DNA of 64,000 nucleotides from Amoebidium appalachense (Eukaryota; Protista; Ichthyosporea). Location of the stretch: the NCBI GenBank assembly GCA_963693365.1, contig CAVNZM010000001.1, positions 2,000,907 to 2,064,906 of the forward strand. Direction: 5' to 3'. Position 1 is the stretch's first letter. Every line of letters starts with the position of its first letter. Shown piece after piece: positions 10,430-23,368 of the stretch. The notes under the pieces are model-generated. The model did no database searches. It saw only the letters and a list, made by a program, of their open reading frames with translations, and was not told where the DNA came from. Made by a program: the position numbers and the translations under genes.

Positions 10430-13400
10430 ATGACTGACAAACCGTCGTATGTCAACCTTCCAATATGGAATCCGTCCGAGAAAAGAGACGAGAAACGTCT
10501 TAATTATTTCGAGTGGGAGCCACTCATTCACCGGTTCATTAGAACAACCATTGCCGAGAAATTCGTTGACGCTATCAAGAGGCCACAGTGGGTTGACGGC
10601 TCCGACGCCAACCAGTGGCTAGGCTACGTCACCAAGGACTCCTACAAGAAAGCTTCCGACGTCCTCGACCAGATCCTCAACCAGTCCGTCCACCCGACCG
10701 AGCTCTACGACTCCGGCCGGATGCAAGACGGTGTCCACGGTGGAGAAGTCTTCCACAACCTACGTATGGCGTATGTAGCAGAGAAGGAGGCCCGAGTCAC
10801 CCAGATCCAAGTCACCTTCGAGGAGCTTGAACTACGAGACTACCCCAACGTCACAGCATACCTCACCCGTCTCCAACGTCTGGCTACGACACTTGCCTGC
10901 CTCGACGAGCCCGTCCAGCACAAGGATGTCGTACGTAAGTTCTTCCTTCACCTCCGGAAGAACACGGCCCTGGTCTGCTCCGACATTGAACGTCTCTGCT
11001 CCGACTACTGGATGAACAACAAGGCCTACCCGTCCTTCAACCAGCTCATCAGTGACATCCGAGGAGCTGAAATCCGTGCCGGCCTCATCGACGCAGGCAC
11101 AGGTGCAACCGTCAACAACCGTCCCCTCCGTGCACTCCAGAGCAGAGTGCTTCCCCCCGGTGACCTCCGTAACCGTATCCCTCGACGTGAGCATACACCT
11201 CACCGTTCCCCGTCCCATTCCCGTGATCCTCGTCCTTCCTCCAAGTTACCCGGCCCCCGTTCAACTTCCCCTTACCACCGTGGTAACAGGGACAACCGTA
11301 ACCGACAGCACAACACCAAGAAGGTGGAGTGTTCCTACTGCCATGAGCCCCACCACATCACAGCATGCTCGGAGCCTGGCTGTGCTGTTGCTCGTCGTGC
11401 CAAGCAGGAGAAAGGCAACAAGAGTGTGCAATTTGCACTCATCTCCTCCACCGGCACACCCGACCGTGACGACCCCGTCTGGGACAGTGCCTGTAATGCA
11501 CACATCTGCCCCATCAAGGAGTATTTCTCCTCCCTTACCCCGTGTCCTCCCACCCCCATTCACGGCCTCGGCACCGTCAATGCCACACACCGTGGCATCA
11601 TCAACTTGACACTGCACTACAACGGCCACCCAACCCCGTGCAGCATCAATGCTTACTACGTACCCGAGTCACCGTCTTTCCTCGTGTCTACCTCCATGGC
11701 CTCAACTGCTGGCCTCCTGGGTCATTGTGACGGTACAGACAACCACCCGTCGTTCCTCTACAGCCGTAATGGTGACATCATTTCAGATCTCACCCCCCTC
11801 AACGGTCTCTACTACATCACTGACTATCATGTGATTGAGACTCCTAAACACCCGTGGGTCCAAGCCTACACAGCAAGGACTCAACCAACCGACGACCTCA
11901 CCCTTTGGCACAACCGTCTTGGCCACCGTGAACTATCCACCGTCACCAGGATGGCCAAGGATGAGCTTGTCATCGGCATGCCCCCCTCCCTCAAGTCACC
12001 CGACAACAGTGACTGCTTCGGCTGCATGTCTGGCAAGACCACCAAGGCTCCTTTTCCCGGCACCCGTTCCAAGTTCACCATTCCCGGTGCTAAGTGGCAC
12101 CTGGACTTCTTCGAAGCTCCCTGTGCTTCCTACGGAGGCTACAAGGTTGCTCTGGTGTGTGTTTGTGATGCCACCGGTTACACCACCGTGTTCCCCCTCT
12201 ACAACCGTGGTGAAACCCTCAGCTACATTCAGTCTCTTGTTGAAACCATTGAACGTCAGACACCTGAGATCGTCACCCATCTTCGGTTTGACTCCGGCTC
12301 TGAGTTCACCTCCAGGGACACCGAGGCCTACTCCAAGCAGAAAGGCATCATCATGGAGTTTGCCCCCGTCGACACACCACAGCACAACGGTGTTGTTGAA
12401 CGGAAGATGAGAGAACTGCAAGAGACAGTCTGTTGCTTCCTCCATGCCGACAAGGACCAACCTCTCTCTCCCAAGTTGTGGGTTGCTGCTCTCAAGCATG
12501 CTGGCTACATCATCAACGTTACACCGTCATCTGCTGCCAACGGCAACACTCCCTTCGAGGCCTTCCACGGCTTCAAACCCGACGTGTCCCAGCTCCACGT
12601 GTTCGGCTCCCCTGCCTATGTGCATGTTCCCCGATCCAAGAGGAACAAGCTGGCATCAACCGTCAGAGTCGGCACCTACGTCGGCTGGGATCTGCCCTCC
12701 AAGGCACACAAGATCCTCGACCGTGCCAGCAACCAAGTCAAGATATGCCGTGGTGTGATCTTCGACGAGTCAAAATTCACGAGCAGCACCAATCAGGTCC
12801 CCGATCCCCCCAAACCCGATCTGCCGACATTGGACCCCCCCTCCGACGACGACGATGAAACTCCGTCTGTGGTCATCTCCCAACCGTCCTGGCACAACCA
12901 ACCAGCCCCGGTTGAACCCGTGCCTCCCCCGAGCCCCCCCCCCCCCCACTGGCCAACAACCCTTGCTGCCGGCTCTCCCCGTTGCTGTGCATCAACCCGG
13001 CTACATGAATCCGGTTCGTCCTGGGTCCCCCACCTTCCACTCGGCCTCGAGCAGCCCTGTGGACACCAGCTCCGGTGACACCAAGATCAAGGCTCGTGGT
13101 GTTGCAAAGGGTTTCACTCAAGTCTACGGTGTTTACTACGGTGACACCTCTTCCCCCGTGGTGATGTCTTCCTCCGTCCGTGCCCTCCTTGCCATCGGTG
13201 TGGACGGCAACCATGAGATTCATCAACTCGACGTCTCAACAGCCTTCCTCAACAGTCCTCTTCAAGAAGACATCTACATTGAGCCACCACCTGGCTTCAT
13301 CACCCCCGGCAACGAGCACAAGGTCTGGAAACTTAAGAAGGCACTCTACGGCCTCAAGCAAGCTTCACTGGCCTGGTATGAGTACTTCGACAAGGTCCTC

Positions 13401-14444
13401 CTTGCTCACGGTCTCGAACGTCTCCGTTCAGATCCATGTGTCTACATCAAGACCTTCCCCAACGGTGACATCATCCTCACTGGCAACTATGTGGACGACG
13501 TCATCATCATCTGCACGGCCAACTCCTCCCACACCAAGGATCTAGTAGACCACATCATGAAGTCAGCTCTCTGCAAGGTCGACCTCCCCGACATCTTCCT
13601 CGGCACCCAGCTCATCCACACCCCCGGTCACCTCAAGCTGCTTCAACAGTCCTACATCAACGACATCGTCAGAGACTTCAACCTCAACGATGCTCACCCC
13701 AAGGCTACTCCCATTCCCGTCGGCACCGTCATCACCATCAACGAGAACGACTCACCACCCATCAAGGTTCCCTACCGTGAACTACTCGGCCGTCTTTTGT
13801 GGGTTGCTCGTTGTTCCCGGCCCGACATCTCCTTTGCCATCGGCTACCTCGGTAGATTCAGTGCCCACCCCACCAAACTTGCATGGGAATGTCTACTCCG
13901 TGTAGTTCGGTACCTCATCGGCACTTCCAACCTCGGCCTTCACTACGACAGGTCTGCTTCCGACGACAACACCCCCTTGCTGGAGTGTTATTCTGATGCT
14001 GACTTTGCCAACTGCCCCAACGCCCGTCGTTCAACCACCGGATACGTCATCTTCTTCAAGGGCATACCCATCACATGGTATTCGAAGCTACAGTCCATCA
14101 CGGCAACATCCACCACCGAGGCTGAGCTTCTGGCCATCAATGCTGCTGTTCAAAACGTCATCTGGCACCGTGATCTCCTCCGTGAACTCGGCTACCCGAT
14201 GACCGACCCCACCCCCGTCTACTGTGACAACCAGTCCACCATTGCCCTCCTGCACACCAACAGCATCAAGCACCGGACCAAACACTTTGCAGTCCGGTAC
14301 CACAACACGAAGGACTACATCAAGAGTGGGGATGTGGTCGTCACCTATGTGTCCAGCAAAGACAACGTGGCTGACATCTTCACCAAGCCCCTGCCCGGGC
14401 CCTCCCACGAGCAGCACCGTGCTTCACTCAGTCTTCGTGACTGA
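10430..14444 (+). pseudogene. Copia-B gag-pol; frameshift at poly-C (about 12935) and a deletion of roughly 350 bp at the RT N-terminus (about 13068)
   Basis: Zinc knuckle CSYCHEPHHITAC, protease WDSAC, integrase WHNRLGH/WHLD/DSGSEF/NGVVER, RT YVDD, RNase H YSDADFA/ADIFTK. The deletion is evident against 27490-27850. Confidence 0.92.
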
Positions 14445-14607
14445 GTGTGCCCCCCCCCCCCCCCCCCCCCCCCCCGGTTCATCTACATTTATATTGGGTC
14501 CTGGCCAGTGGTCTACACATCACCGTGTAGAGACACCTCCCAACGAAAGTCTACTGCTGTCTTCATCGACTCAGTGTGTGCATCTCAGTGGGGATTTCTT
14601 CTCCACC

Positions 14608-17600
14608 TGTTAAATTGTATAAATATTTGGGATGAAAGCAGAGACACAGTGGTGCAGTGTGAAAACACCACAGACACACACAACAACAAAACACGGAACG
14701 ATCGGAGCAGTGTACACAACAGACATCAATGTTTAGACACGACTGAACTGAATTTATTCTGATCTTCGAATAAATACCTGAAATTCCTCTAAGTCCAATC
14801 CATACATGATTTCCGACCAGTCGGAAATCAGATCTATCTCTAATAGAAACCAATCACTAAGAACCAATTGCTTTCAGAGAGATCCGGTACGCGGAGACGT
14901 ACACGATAGGACACAGACACTAGTTAAGGTCAACTCGTGTCATCATCAAGGAAGTTCTAACCTATGACATACTGCAAAGACTCAGACATATCACACTTAA
15001 CCTTGATGATTGGTTAAAGCCCGGCAACACATGAAAACTAAAGTAAATTAACGAAGTCTAAACACACATGCTATTCTAAGTGTAGCCTAAGTGTGTCACC
15101 GTCCAATGAACACGTATTAAGTAACACAAATCTACCTAACATATATTAGTAGAAAAGAAACACGATTATACACATGAAGACAAGGAGAGAAAGAAAAGAA
15201 AATAAGGAAGGAGAAAGAGAAAGGAAAAGAGAGCACAGATCAACAAACAAGATAGTAATAGCATAACTATAACCAGAGATATTTATGTACACACGAACAT
15301 GTACACGTCTCTCCCTGAGTGGGTGGATCCGTGTACACACATATAAATATTCTAATCGATATTACAATACACGATTAGAGCCGATACAACACGATTACAA
15401 GTATACAAGCATATCGGAGATCGATGCTACACTTTACATAATAGGAGTGTGGCATATACACTAAGCATATGAACTGAAACATAACACAAACTGAGAAGAT
15501 CTTACCATATGTAAATACTACGTATTACAACATCCCCACTTAAGACTTTGAAGTTTGTGTTATCATATCCCCACTGAACTAGTGAAATCTCCCCACTTGA
15601 GAACAGAAACGGAAAAGAAAAGAAAAAATTAAAGTGTGTACTTTTCCCGGGGGGGGGGGGGGGGGGAGAAGGGGGGGGGGAGGGGGGGGGGGGGGGGGGG
15701 GGAAGGGGGGGGGGGGGGGGGAAGGGGGGGGGGAAGGGGGGGAGGGGGGGGGGGAAGAAACCGGGTCAAAAACAACGAATATGTATAAAGTGTATAGTCG
15801 GGTTTTGATTAACTGGGTTTTAAACCAGTGAAAGATAGAGTAGAGTCATGGTACAGGTCAAACCTTATATATAAACCCTAAGTGGGCATACCCACAAAGG
15901 CAAGATACATATGAAATGAGGATTATGATAAAGTAAGTAGTAAACATTAGAAAATCACTCTTGAAGTAGGACGGGTCAATCCACAATATCCGGCAAACAA
16001 AGTCGAGCACGATGGTGGACATGACTCGGGCCGGGGAGGGGTTTGGTGAGGATGTCAGCTAAGTTGTGGGCTGACTCAACGTAGTGGACAACCACGTCCC
16101 CACTTGCAATGTAGTCCTTGGTGTTGTGATACCGGACGGCAATGTGTTTGGTACGGTGCTTGATGCCGGTGGAGTTGACGATGGCAATGGTCGACTGGTT
16201 GTCACAGTACACCGGAGTCGGAGCAAGCATGGGACAGCCGAGTTCCTTGAAGAGGTCACGGACCCAAGCAACTTCTTGGGTGCCAGCATTGAGAGCAATC
16301 AGCTCAGCTTCAGTGGTGCTGGTGGCCGTGATGGGCTGGAGCTTGGAGTACCAGATGATGGGCATACCAGCAAACTCGATAATGTAGCCGGTGGTAGACT
16401 TCTTGCTGTCGGCACAACCAGCAAAGTCAGCATCCGTGTAGCATTCGAGTATGGGGGACTGGGTGGCCGAGTACTTGTAGTCAATGCCAAGGTCAATGGT
16501 GCCGAGCAGGTACCGGGCCACACGACGGAGAAGGTCCCAGTGAGTCTTGCCGGGGTTGGTGCTGAACCGACCGAGGAAGCCGATGGCATAGGCAATGTCG
16601 GGACGGGTGCACCGTGCCACCCAGAGGAGACGGCCGAGTAACTCACGGTAGGGCACGGTGAACGGTTGGGGGGGGCAGTCAGCCAGGGAGACGGTGGTGC
16701 CTGCAGGGATGGGGGTAGACTTGGACTTGGCATCGGTGAGGTTGAAGTCGTGGATGATATCCATGATGTAAGACCTCTGGTGCATGTGGAGGTGATGGGG
16801 ATCAGAGTGATTAAAATCAACACCGAGCATACGGTCAAATGGACTCATACGACAGCTGGCCATCTTGCTGATGTGGGCAGCCAGGTCACTGGCAGCAGTA
16901 GAACCCCGGGTGTTGGTGATGGTGGAGTCGTCGACGTAGTTACCAGCCCGAACCACATCGTTGTTGGGGAAGAACCGGAGGTAGATGCACGGATCGGTCT
17001 TAGTACGGGTCAGGCCATGGGCAAGAAGAATGCCGTCGAGGAAGTCGTACCAAGCCTTGGAGGCTTGCTTGAGGCCGTACAGGGCTTTCTTGAGTCTCCA
17101 GACCTTGCCAAGTGTGGCCATGGTGATGAATCCCGGGGGTTGTTTCATGTAGATGGTCTCGGTGAGTGGGCTGTTGAGAAAGGCCGTAGACACGTCGAGT
17201 TGATGGATGTCATGACCTTCAACAACGGCCAGAGCTAGGATAGCACGGAGAGCAGCCGGACGGATGACAGGGCTCTCAATCAACTCATAGTCAACACCGT
17301 ATTGCTGACTGAAGCCTTGAGCAACACCACGTGCCTTGATCTTGGTGTCACCAGCCGAGTTGAGAGTTTTCTCGGAGACAATCCACTTGAAGCCGACGAT
17401 GTTAGCACCAGGGGGAGGGTCAACAAGGTCAAAGATGTCTTTGTCGACGAAGGCTTGATACTCAGCAGTGAGGGCTGACTTGACCTGGTCACCATTGGGT
17501 CCGGAACACAGTTGACGGACAAGTTTGGGTAGTTGGTCGATGTTGATGGGGGGACCGGGGGGGACTGGGAGGGTGGTGGTGGCTTGAAAGCCAACCTTGC

Positions 17601-20600
17601 CCTGTAGACGGGCAGAACGACGGGGTGCAGGAACCGGGGGAGGTGGAGACGGGGGGGGGGGGGAACTTGGAAGTTCGGAATTGCAGGGGGGGCAACCTCC
17701 GGGCTGGACGGGGCCGAGTGGAAGTTGTCGGGGGAGCCGGGTCGGATGGGTGTGACGTTGCCAGGGGCAGGATGAGGGTCGGCAGGCTGGACGGGCACGG
17801 GGGCAGGGGGGCCGGTGGGGGGGGGGTGTCGGGGGAACGACGATGGCAGGAGGGGGGCCAGAGTACACCAGACAAACATCATCTTCAGTGTCAACTGTGG
17901 GGGGTGGGGTGGTCGAGGTAGCAGTGGTGTCGGGGGTCGGAAGTGTTGATGGAATGTCGGACGGGAGATAAGCTGATTCGTCGAAAATCACATCACGGAA
18001 GAGGCCGACACGATGGGTGGTGGGATTGAAGATCCGGTGGCAGTGTGAATGAAGATCATAGCCGATATACATGCCGAGTTTGACGGTGGGGGCCAGCTTG
18101 TTCCGTTTAGAGGCTGGCACGTGAGTGTAGGCAGGGCAACCGAACACTTTGAGCTCGGAGATGTCGGGCTTGACACCGTAGAAAATTTCGAATGGTGTAC
18201 GACCATTGGCAGTCGTGGACGGGGTGACGTTGATGATGTAGGCGGCATGTTGGAGAGCCTCAGCCCACAGTTTGGGGGACAGAGACTGATCTTGGACTTG
18301 ATGGAGGAGGCAACGGACAATCTCTTGGAGGAACCTCATACGACGTTCAACATAGCCGTTCAGTTGAGGGCAGTCCACCGGAGCATAGCTGGCCTTGATG
18401 CCCTGGGAGAGGCAAAAAGCACGGGTAGCCTTGGAGGTGAACTCAGAGCCGGAGTCGAAGTGGTAGACACCAACTTTGGAGGGGCCATGGGTGGCAACGA
18501 GGTTGGTGTGAGCTGTGAGAATGTCCAGGGTGGTGGTACGATCGGCCATCGGGTAGATCTTGACGAGTCCAGAGGCACGGCAGACAGTGACGAGAGCAAC
18601 CTTGGAACCTCCGTACGATGTTGTGGTAGGCTCAAAAAAATCCCAATGCCATTCATGACCGGGGATGTTGGAGTGAGGACGGTCACCCTTGAACGGAGCC
18701 TTGGTGGTTTTACCCATAATGCAGCCATGACAATCAGGAACATCACAGTCGAGGACAGACGAGGGGAGACCAATGACAAGGTCGTGTTTCACCATGTCCT
18801 TGATGCTGGTCATAGCACGGTGCCCCAGACGATGGTGCCAGATGGATGGGTTAACACTGGTAGTGGCAGCCAGAGCCACAGGACGAGTGGGTGGTTGAAT
18901 GGTGTAGTCCTTGAAGTAATACAGACCGTTGTGTAGACGGAGGTTGACGAGATGACGGCCGGTGAGTCGGTCGAAGAGGAATGACGGAGTGGAGGCATCA
19001 TTCAAATCACCCTTGATGTATTCGGCAGCAGCTTGGGATGTTGAAATGAGGAAGGCTTGGCCAGACGGGGTGTAGTAGGCTTCAATGGTAAGGGTGGCAG
19101 TGCCATGGTCGGTGGTGGTGTTGATGACGATATGGCCGGTGTGAGTGGCCAAGACGGGGGTGCCATTGAAGGCAGCAACGGGAGTCGGTGTCGGAAGGGG
19201 AGTGAGGTCATGGAAGAACTCACGGGTGGGGCAAACAGTCATGTTGCACCCGGAATCCCAGGCAGGGTCGGAGGACACGGGGACGGAGCTAGCATTGTAT
19301 GCCGAGAAAGCAAATGAGACAGATTTCTCACTGCCTTGACGGGAACGGTTGTGTCTGGACATACGGCATTTCGGCTCAGGGCAATCGATGATCGTGTGAT
19401 CAGGCTCGTGGCAGTAGGAGCATGCTTTCACGGACGGGGTGTTAGAACGAGCCGGGGAATCAGAACGACGGGAACCCGAGAAACGGGAACGACTGGGGGA
19501 ACGAGACGTGGACCGGAAGGCAGGCCGGTGGGGGGAACGGGATCGGGTGTGCTGACGGGAGAGACGAGTTCGGAGGTCCGTGCCAGGGGTACGGTCAAGT
19601 CGGTTGCGTAAGTCACGGCGAGGAAGATCACGGGGGGGAGCACTGGCATTTAATGCCATGCTGGACTTGGAGACACGGTGGGCACGGTTGCTCCGGAGTT
19701 GCATCTTGAGGTCTTGACGTAACTCGATGCCCTTGACGTGGTTGTGGAGGGACTCGAAGTCGGGGAATAGCTTATCACCGAAGTGATAGTCTTCGATAAG
19801 ACGGTTGAACTCAGGGGTGAGGTCGTCTCTGGTGGTGAGTTCATTGAAGAACTTCTCAGCGAGACGAGTGAAGTGAATGGACTCATCTTGGAGGGACTGG
19901 AGCTGGTTCACGATGGTCTGCAGACGACTCAGGGAGGTGGTGAATGATTCACCGGGCTGAAGGGCACAGGCATCCCACTGACGGTGAAGGATGCGGATCT
20001 GATCGGGTTTGCCTTGGAGGTAGTGTTGACGGAATTTCCACATGGCCCGTTCAGGGTCCATGCCAATACGGTACTGGGCAACGGTGGTGAGGACGGAAGG
20101 GTCGATGTTCTGTATCATATGGAGCAGGAGGCAATTGCGGGCCTCCTTGAGTTCCGCGGTAGTGCCGTAGCCATAGAAGGGGGGTTCACCGTCAACCGCG
20201 ACGGTGGTAGGGGGGACGTAGTTGTCAGCAAGTACAACATCCACGAGTCGGACACCTTTAGTGCCGGTCATCATGCCGAGAAAAATGATTTCCCATTGAA
20301 AATAGGTGGTTTTGCTATCGGGACCAGTCTTCCCTTCACCTTTCCACATGGTTATTTTGTTTACACCAGTTTTGTTTGGATCCATGATTGAAAAACGAGC
20401 GCTAGTTCTAGATGTGTGTAGGGAGCGTGCAAAAGGGCTGCATAACCTGTTAAATTATATAAGTATTTGGGATGAAAGCAGAGACACAGTGGTGCAGTGT
20501 GAAAACACCACAGACACACACAACAACAAAACACGGAACGATCGGAGCAGTGTACACGACAGACATCAATGTTTAGACACGACTGAACTGAATTTATTCT

Positions 20601-21372
20601 GATCTTCGAATAAATACCTGAAATTCCTCTAAGTCCAATCCATACGTGATTTCCGACCAGTCGGAAATCAGATCTATCTCTAATAGAAACCAATCACTAA
20701 GAACCAATTGCTTTCAGAGAGATCCGGTACGCGGAGACGTACACGATAGGACACAGACACTAGTTAAGGTCAACTCGTGTCATCATCAAGGAAGTTCTAA
20801 CCTATGACATACTGCAAAGACTCAGACATATCACACTTAACCTTGATGATTGGTTAAAGCCCGGCAACACATGAAAACTAAAGTAAATTAACGAAGTCTA
20901 AACACACATGCTATTCTAAGTGTAGCCTAAGTGTGTCACCGTCCAATGAACACGTATTAAGTAACACAAATCTACCTAACATATATTAGTAGAAAAGAAA
21001 CACGATTATACACATGAAGACAAGGAGAGAAAGAAAAGAAAATAAGGAAGGAGAAAGAGAAAGGAAAAGAGAGCACAGATCAACAAACAAGATAGTAATA
21101 GCATAACTATAACCAGAGATATTTATGTACACACGAACATGTACACGTCTCTCCCTGAGTGGGTGGATCCGTGTACACACATATAAATATTCTAATCGAT
21201 ATTACAATACACGATTAGAGCCGATACAACACGATTACAAGTATACAAGCATATCGGAGATCGATGCTACACTTTACATAATAGGAGTGTGGCATATACA
21301 CTAAGCATATGAACTGAAACATAACACAAACTGAGAAGATCTTACCATATCTAAATACTACGTATTACAACA
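14608..21372 (-). mobile_element. Full-length Copia-A element; 925-bp A2 LTRs at 14608-15532 and 20448-21372
   Basis: TG...CA LTRs that are nearly identical, TSD CCACC on both sides, PBS, PPT and a single long ORF. Confidence 0.96.
15976..20385 (-). CDS. Ty1/copia gag-pol polyprotein (1469 aa)
   Basis: Order is Gag with CCHC knuckle, protease (WDSGC), integrase, RT (YVDD), RNase H. Two compensating poly-C indels alter the IN-RT linker. Confidence 0.95.
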   Translation of the reverse strand: MDPNKTGVNKITMWKGEGKTGPDSKTTYFQWEIIFLGMMTGTKGVRLVDVVLADNYVPPTTVAVDGEPPFYGYGTTAELKEARNCLLLHMIQNIDPSVLTTVAQYRIGMDPERAMWKFRQHYLQGKPDQIRILHRQWDACALQPGESFTTSLSRLQTIVNQLQSLQDESIHFTRLAEKFFNELTTRDDLTPEFNRLIEDYHFGDKLFPDFESLHNHVKGIELRQDLKMQLRSNRAHRVSKSSMALNASAPPRDLPRRDLRNRLDRTPGTDLRTRLSRQHTRSRSPHRPAFRSTSRSPSRSRFSGSRRSDSPARSNTPSVKACSYCHEPDHTIIDCPEPKCRMSRHNRSRQGSEKSVSFAFSAYNASSVPVSSDPAWDSGCNMTVCPTREFFHDLTPLPTPTPVAAFNGTPVLATHTGHIVINTTTDHGTATLTIEAYYTPSGQAFLISTSQAAAEYIKGDLNDASTPSFLFDRLTGRHLVNLRLHNGLYYFKDYTIQPPTRPVALAATTSVNPSIWHHRLGHRAMTSIKDMVKHDLVIGLPSSVLDCDVPDCHGCIMGKTTKAPFKGDRPHSNIPGHEWHWDFFEPTTTSYGGSKVALVTVCRASGLVKIYPMADRTTTLDILTAHTNLVATHGPSKVGVYHFDSGSEFTSKATRAFCLSQGIKASYAPVDCPQLNGYVERRMRFLQEIVRCLLHQVQDQSLSPKLWAEALQHAAYIINVTPSTTANGRTPFEIFYGVKPDISELKVFGCPAYTHVPASKRNKLAPTVKLGMYIGYDLHSHCHRIFNPTTHRVGLFRDVIFDESAYLPSDIPSTLPTPDTTATSTTPPPTVDTEDDVCLVYSGPPPAIVVPPTPPPHRPPCPRARPACRPSSCPWQRHTHPTRLPRQLPLGPVQPGGCPPCNSELPSSPPPPSPPPPVPAPRRSARLQGKVGFQATTTLPVPPGPPINIDQLPKLVRQLCSGPNGDQVKSALTAEYQAFVDKDIFDLVDPPPGANIVGFKWIVSEKTLNSAGDTKIKARGVAQGFSQQYGVDYELIESPVIRPAALRAILALAVVEGHDIHQLDVSTAFLNSPLTETIYMKQPPGFITMATLGKVWRLKKALYGLKQASKAWYDFLDGILLAHGLTRTKTDPCIYLRFFPNNDVVRAGNYVDDSTITNTRGSTAASDLAAHISKMASCRMSPFDRMLGVDFNHSDPHHLHMHQRSYIMDIIHDFNLTDAKSKSTPIPAGTTVSLADCPPQPFTVPYRELLGRLLWVARCTRPDIAYAIGFLGRFSTNPGKTHWDLLRRVARYLLGTIDLGIDYKYSATQSPILECYTDADFAGCADSKKSTTGYIIEFAGMPIIWYSKLQPITATSTTEAELIALNAGTQEVAWVRDLFKELGCPMLAPTPVYCDNQSTIAIVNSTGIKHRTKHIAVRYHNTKDYIASGDVVVHYVESAHNLADILTKPLPGPSHVHHRARLCLPDIVD

Positions 21373-22283
21373 CCACCATCCGTCGTTTATTTATATACCA
21401 TCATATATATTGGTTTTCTTTTATATTCGACTTATATATCTGTCGAACTGGGATGGCGTCCCAGTATAAATAATTATCTATAGCCATGGCGTGCTGGTTG
21501 ACTGCCAGTCTAAACCTTGTCCTCGGGATGCTCATTCCCCGTGTCTGAACTGGTTGACCACCAGTCTATAAATCAGTCCACAAGATGTTCATGCCTTGTG
21601 TTTATCTGGGTGGTCCCCAGTATAAATCATTAGCCACCAACACATCACACATACACTAGTTGTTTTCTTCTATATATATTTATATATCATCGTTGGCTAC
21701 CGTCATGTTCCGAGTCTTCAGAGACAACCGTCGTTGTGTGCTTCTTCCGTTTGGTTTTCTTCCCCGGCTTGCACCTTCAAGTCTTCTCCATTGTCTTCTC
21801 GAGTGGGGAAACTTGACTGTGACTTCACGGCACCTGCTTCTACATGTGCGAGATTCTTAACATCAACAGTCACATCAACAAACTTCACGAGAACCCAACT
21901 TCCAACCCTTGAGTGGGGATGTCATCTTCACTTGATTCACGGCAAGACTTAGAAGTTGAGTTTTGTATTTGTTTATTAGTTTGTTGTAGTTTGTTTCCTT
22001 TTCCTTCCTTCCTTTCTTTCTTTCTTTTCTTTCTGTTTCCGTGTACACCGATATCTTAAATCTGTGTACGTATCGACATACTTAGCTCGCGCACACGTAT
22101 TGTCGTTTGTGTCAAAATCTATATATGTCATCCAATCAAATCTCGTTTGTATTTTCCCAAATATAGTAACTTACATTCCTTTCTCATTCCTTGCTCACGA
22201 CGTAGCATTGTGCTATGTTCTCCAACTATTAGGAATAATTATGTTTAGACGTGTTATGATAAGAACATGTATAAATGTATGTT

Positions 22284-23290
22284 GGCCTGCGAAAATTTTT
22301 ACTCAGCCCTAGTGCCCCGTTTTTCCCGAGCTCCGTGTCCTTGGCCCGTGTATCCTAGCTCCTAGCCCCTATGTTCTATCTGTGGGTGTGGGTGTGCGCG
22401 TAGACTAGGCAATGTGCTTGCAGTCTGTGCGGGGGTGTGTGCCAGAGCAGAGCGGGCACACGTGAGAGAAGGGGCAGGGTTGGTTAGCGCAGGACCGACC
22501 GTTGATGTGGAAATTCCTGCAGTGTGTCGCGGGTAGATCCACGGGTCGGGCCGGTGGTGCCGGGCCGGGTTGCGGGCCGGGTCGGTTGGGGGTTTGTCCC
22601 CCCGCCGGGCTTGTGGGGCGGCTCGAAACCATCAAGACCACAGCCGGGCTTGGGGTACATGGGGCAGGCCGCGCTGGGGTGGTCGGGGACGCGGCAGCGC
22701 TGACATGCGTCCGGGATGAGCAGAGTGGGTGGCAGGAGGAGATCCTGGTGGAGTTGGGCGAGCAGGTTGGGACACTCGATCGGAGCCCGACCCTGTTGGT
22801 GGGCAACGGTTCGGGCGTATACGTCATAGTTGTGGATCTGGGCCCACGGGTATCGGGTGCTGAGGCGAGTGATGTGCCGAGGTGGTGCTTGGCGGCCATG
22901 TAATGGATTGTGTACGTATCGACATACTTAGCTCGCGCACATGAAAAGAAAATATAGCTGTAAAGCTGTAGGTGCCAAACACAGAAGATGTGTCTGTTGC
23001 TTGCTGATCTGCTAAAAACTGTCGTGCTTATATACCTAAGGCTCCCGATCTGAGCCAATCAAAATCGATCTAGTGTTATGTTGAAATCTGATCTTGAGCC
23101 AACCAAACTCGGTCTAGTAATCTGTGGAATCTGATGTTTTGATCGGCTAATAGGTGCCCGTATGCGGGCAGCCGAACGCGAGCTGCTAAAACACGAAACG
23201 AAGCCTACATGGTTATGTTGATATCGGACACCCATCCTACGTGTTTACTCAGAAAAATATTTATGTCAATAAAACTCCACAAATAAAACC
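22284..23290 (-). mobile_element. Rearranged fragment of a second Ngaro/DIRS-type element (A repeat about 22942-23290; ORF1 3' part about 22284-22908)
   Basis: Homologous to 36488-36824 and 37500-38145 (CRNFHINGRSC...CPFSHVCPLC). A 32-bp Copia-B LTR piece is interposed at about 22910-22941. Confidence 0.85.
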
Positions 23291-23368
23291 GAAACAAACT
23301 ACAACATACCAATAAACAAATACAAATCTCAACTTCTAAGTCTTGCTGAGAAACAAGTGAAGATGACA
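23291..23368 (-). repeat. First 78 bp of a Copia-B LTR
   Basis: Reverse complement reads TGTCATCTTCACTTGTTTCTCAGCAAGAC... and abuts the Ngaro left end. Confidence 0.85.

Larger units (their letters stand above)
9589..22283 (+). mobile_element. Copia-B element 1 (5' LTR 9589-10354; 3' LTR 21920 to about 22283, truncated), with Copia-A nested in its 3' UTR
   Basis: LTR TGTCATCTTC...AAATAACA, PBS GGTTTACGACCCC, gag-pol, and PPT GAGTGGGGA before the second LTR. Confidence 0.92.

Noticed and set aside
21445-21628. CRISPR-like repeat-spacer array
   Set aside because: The repeats are short and degenerate, the context is a eukaryotic retrotransposon UTR, and there are no cas genes.
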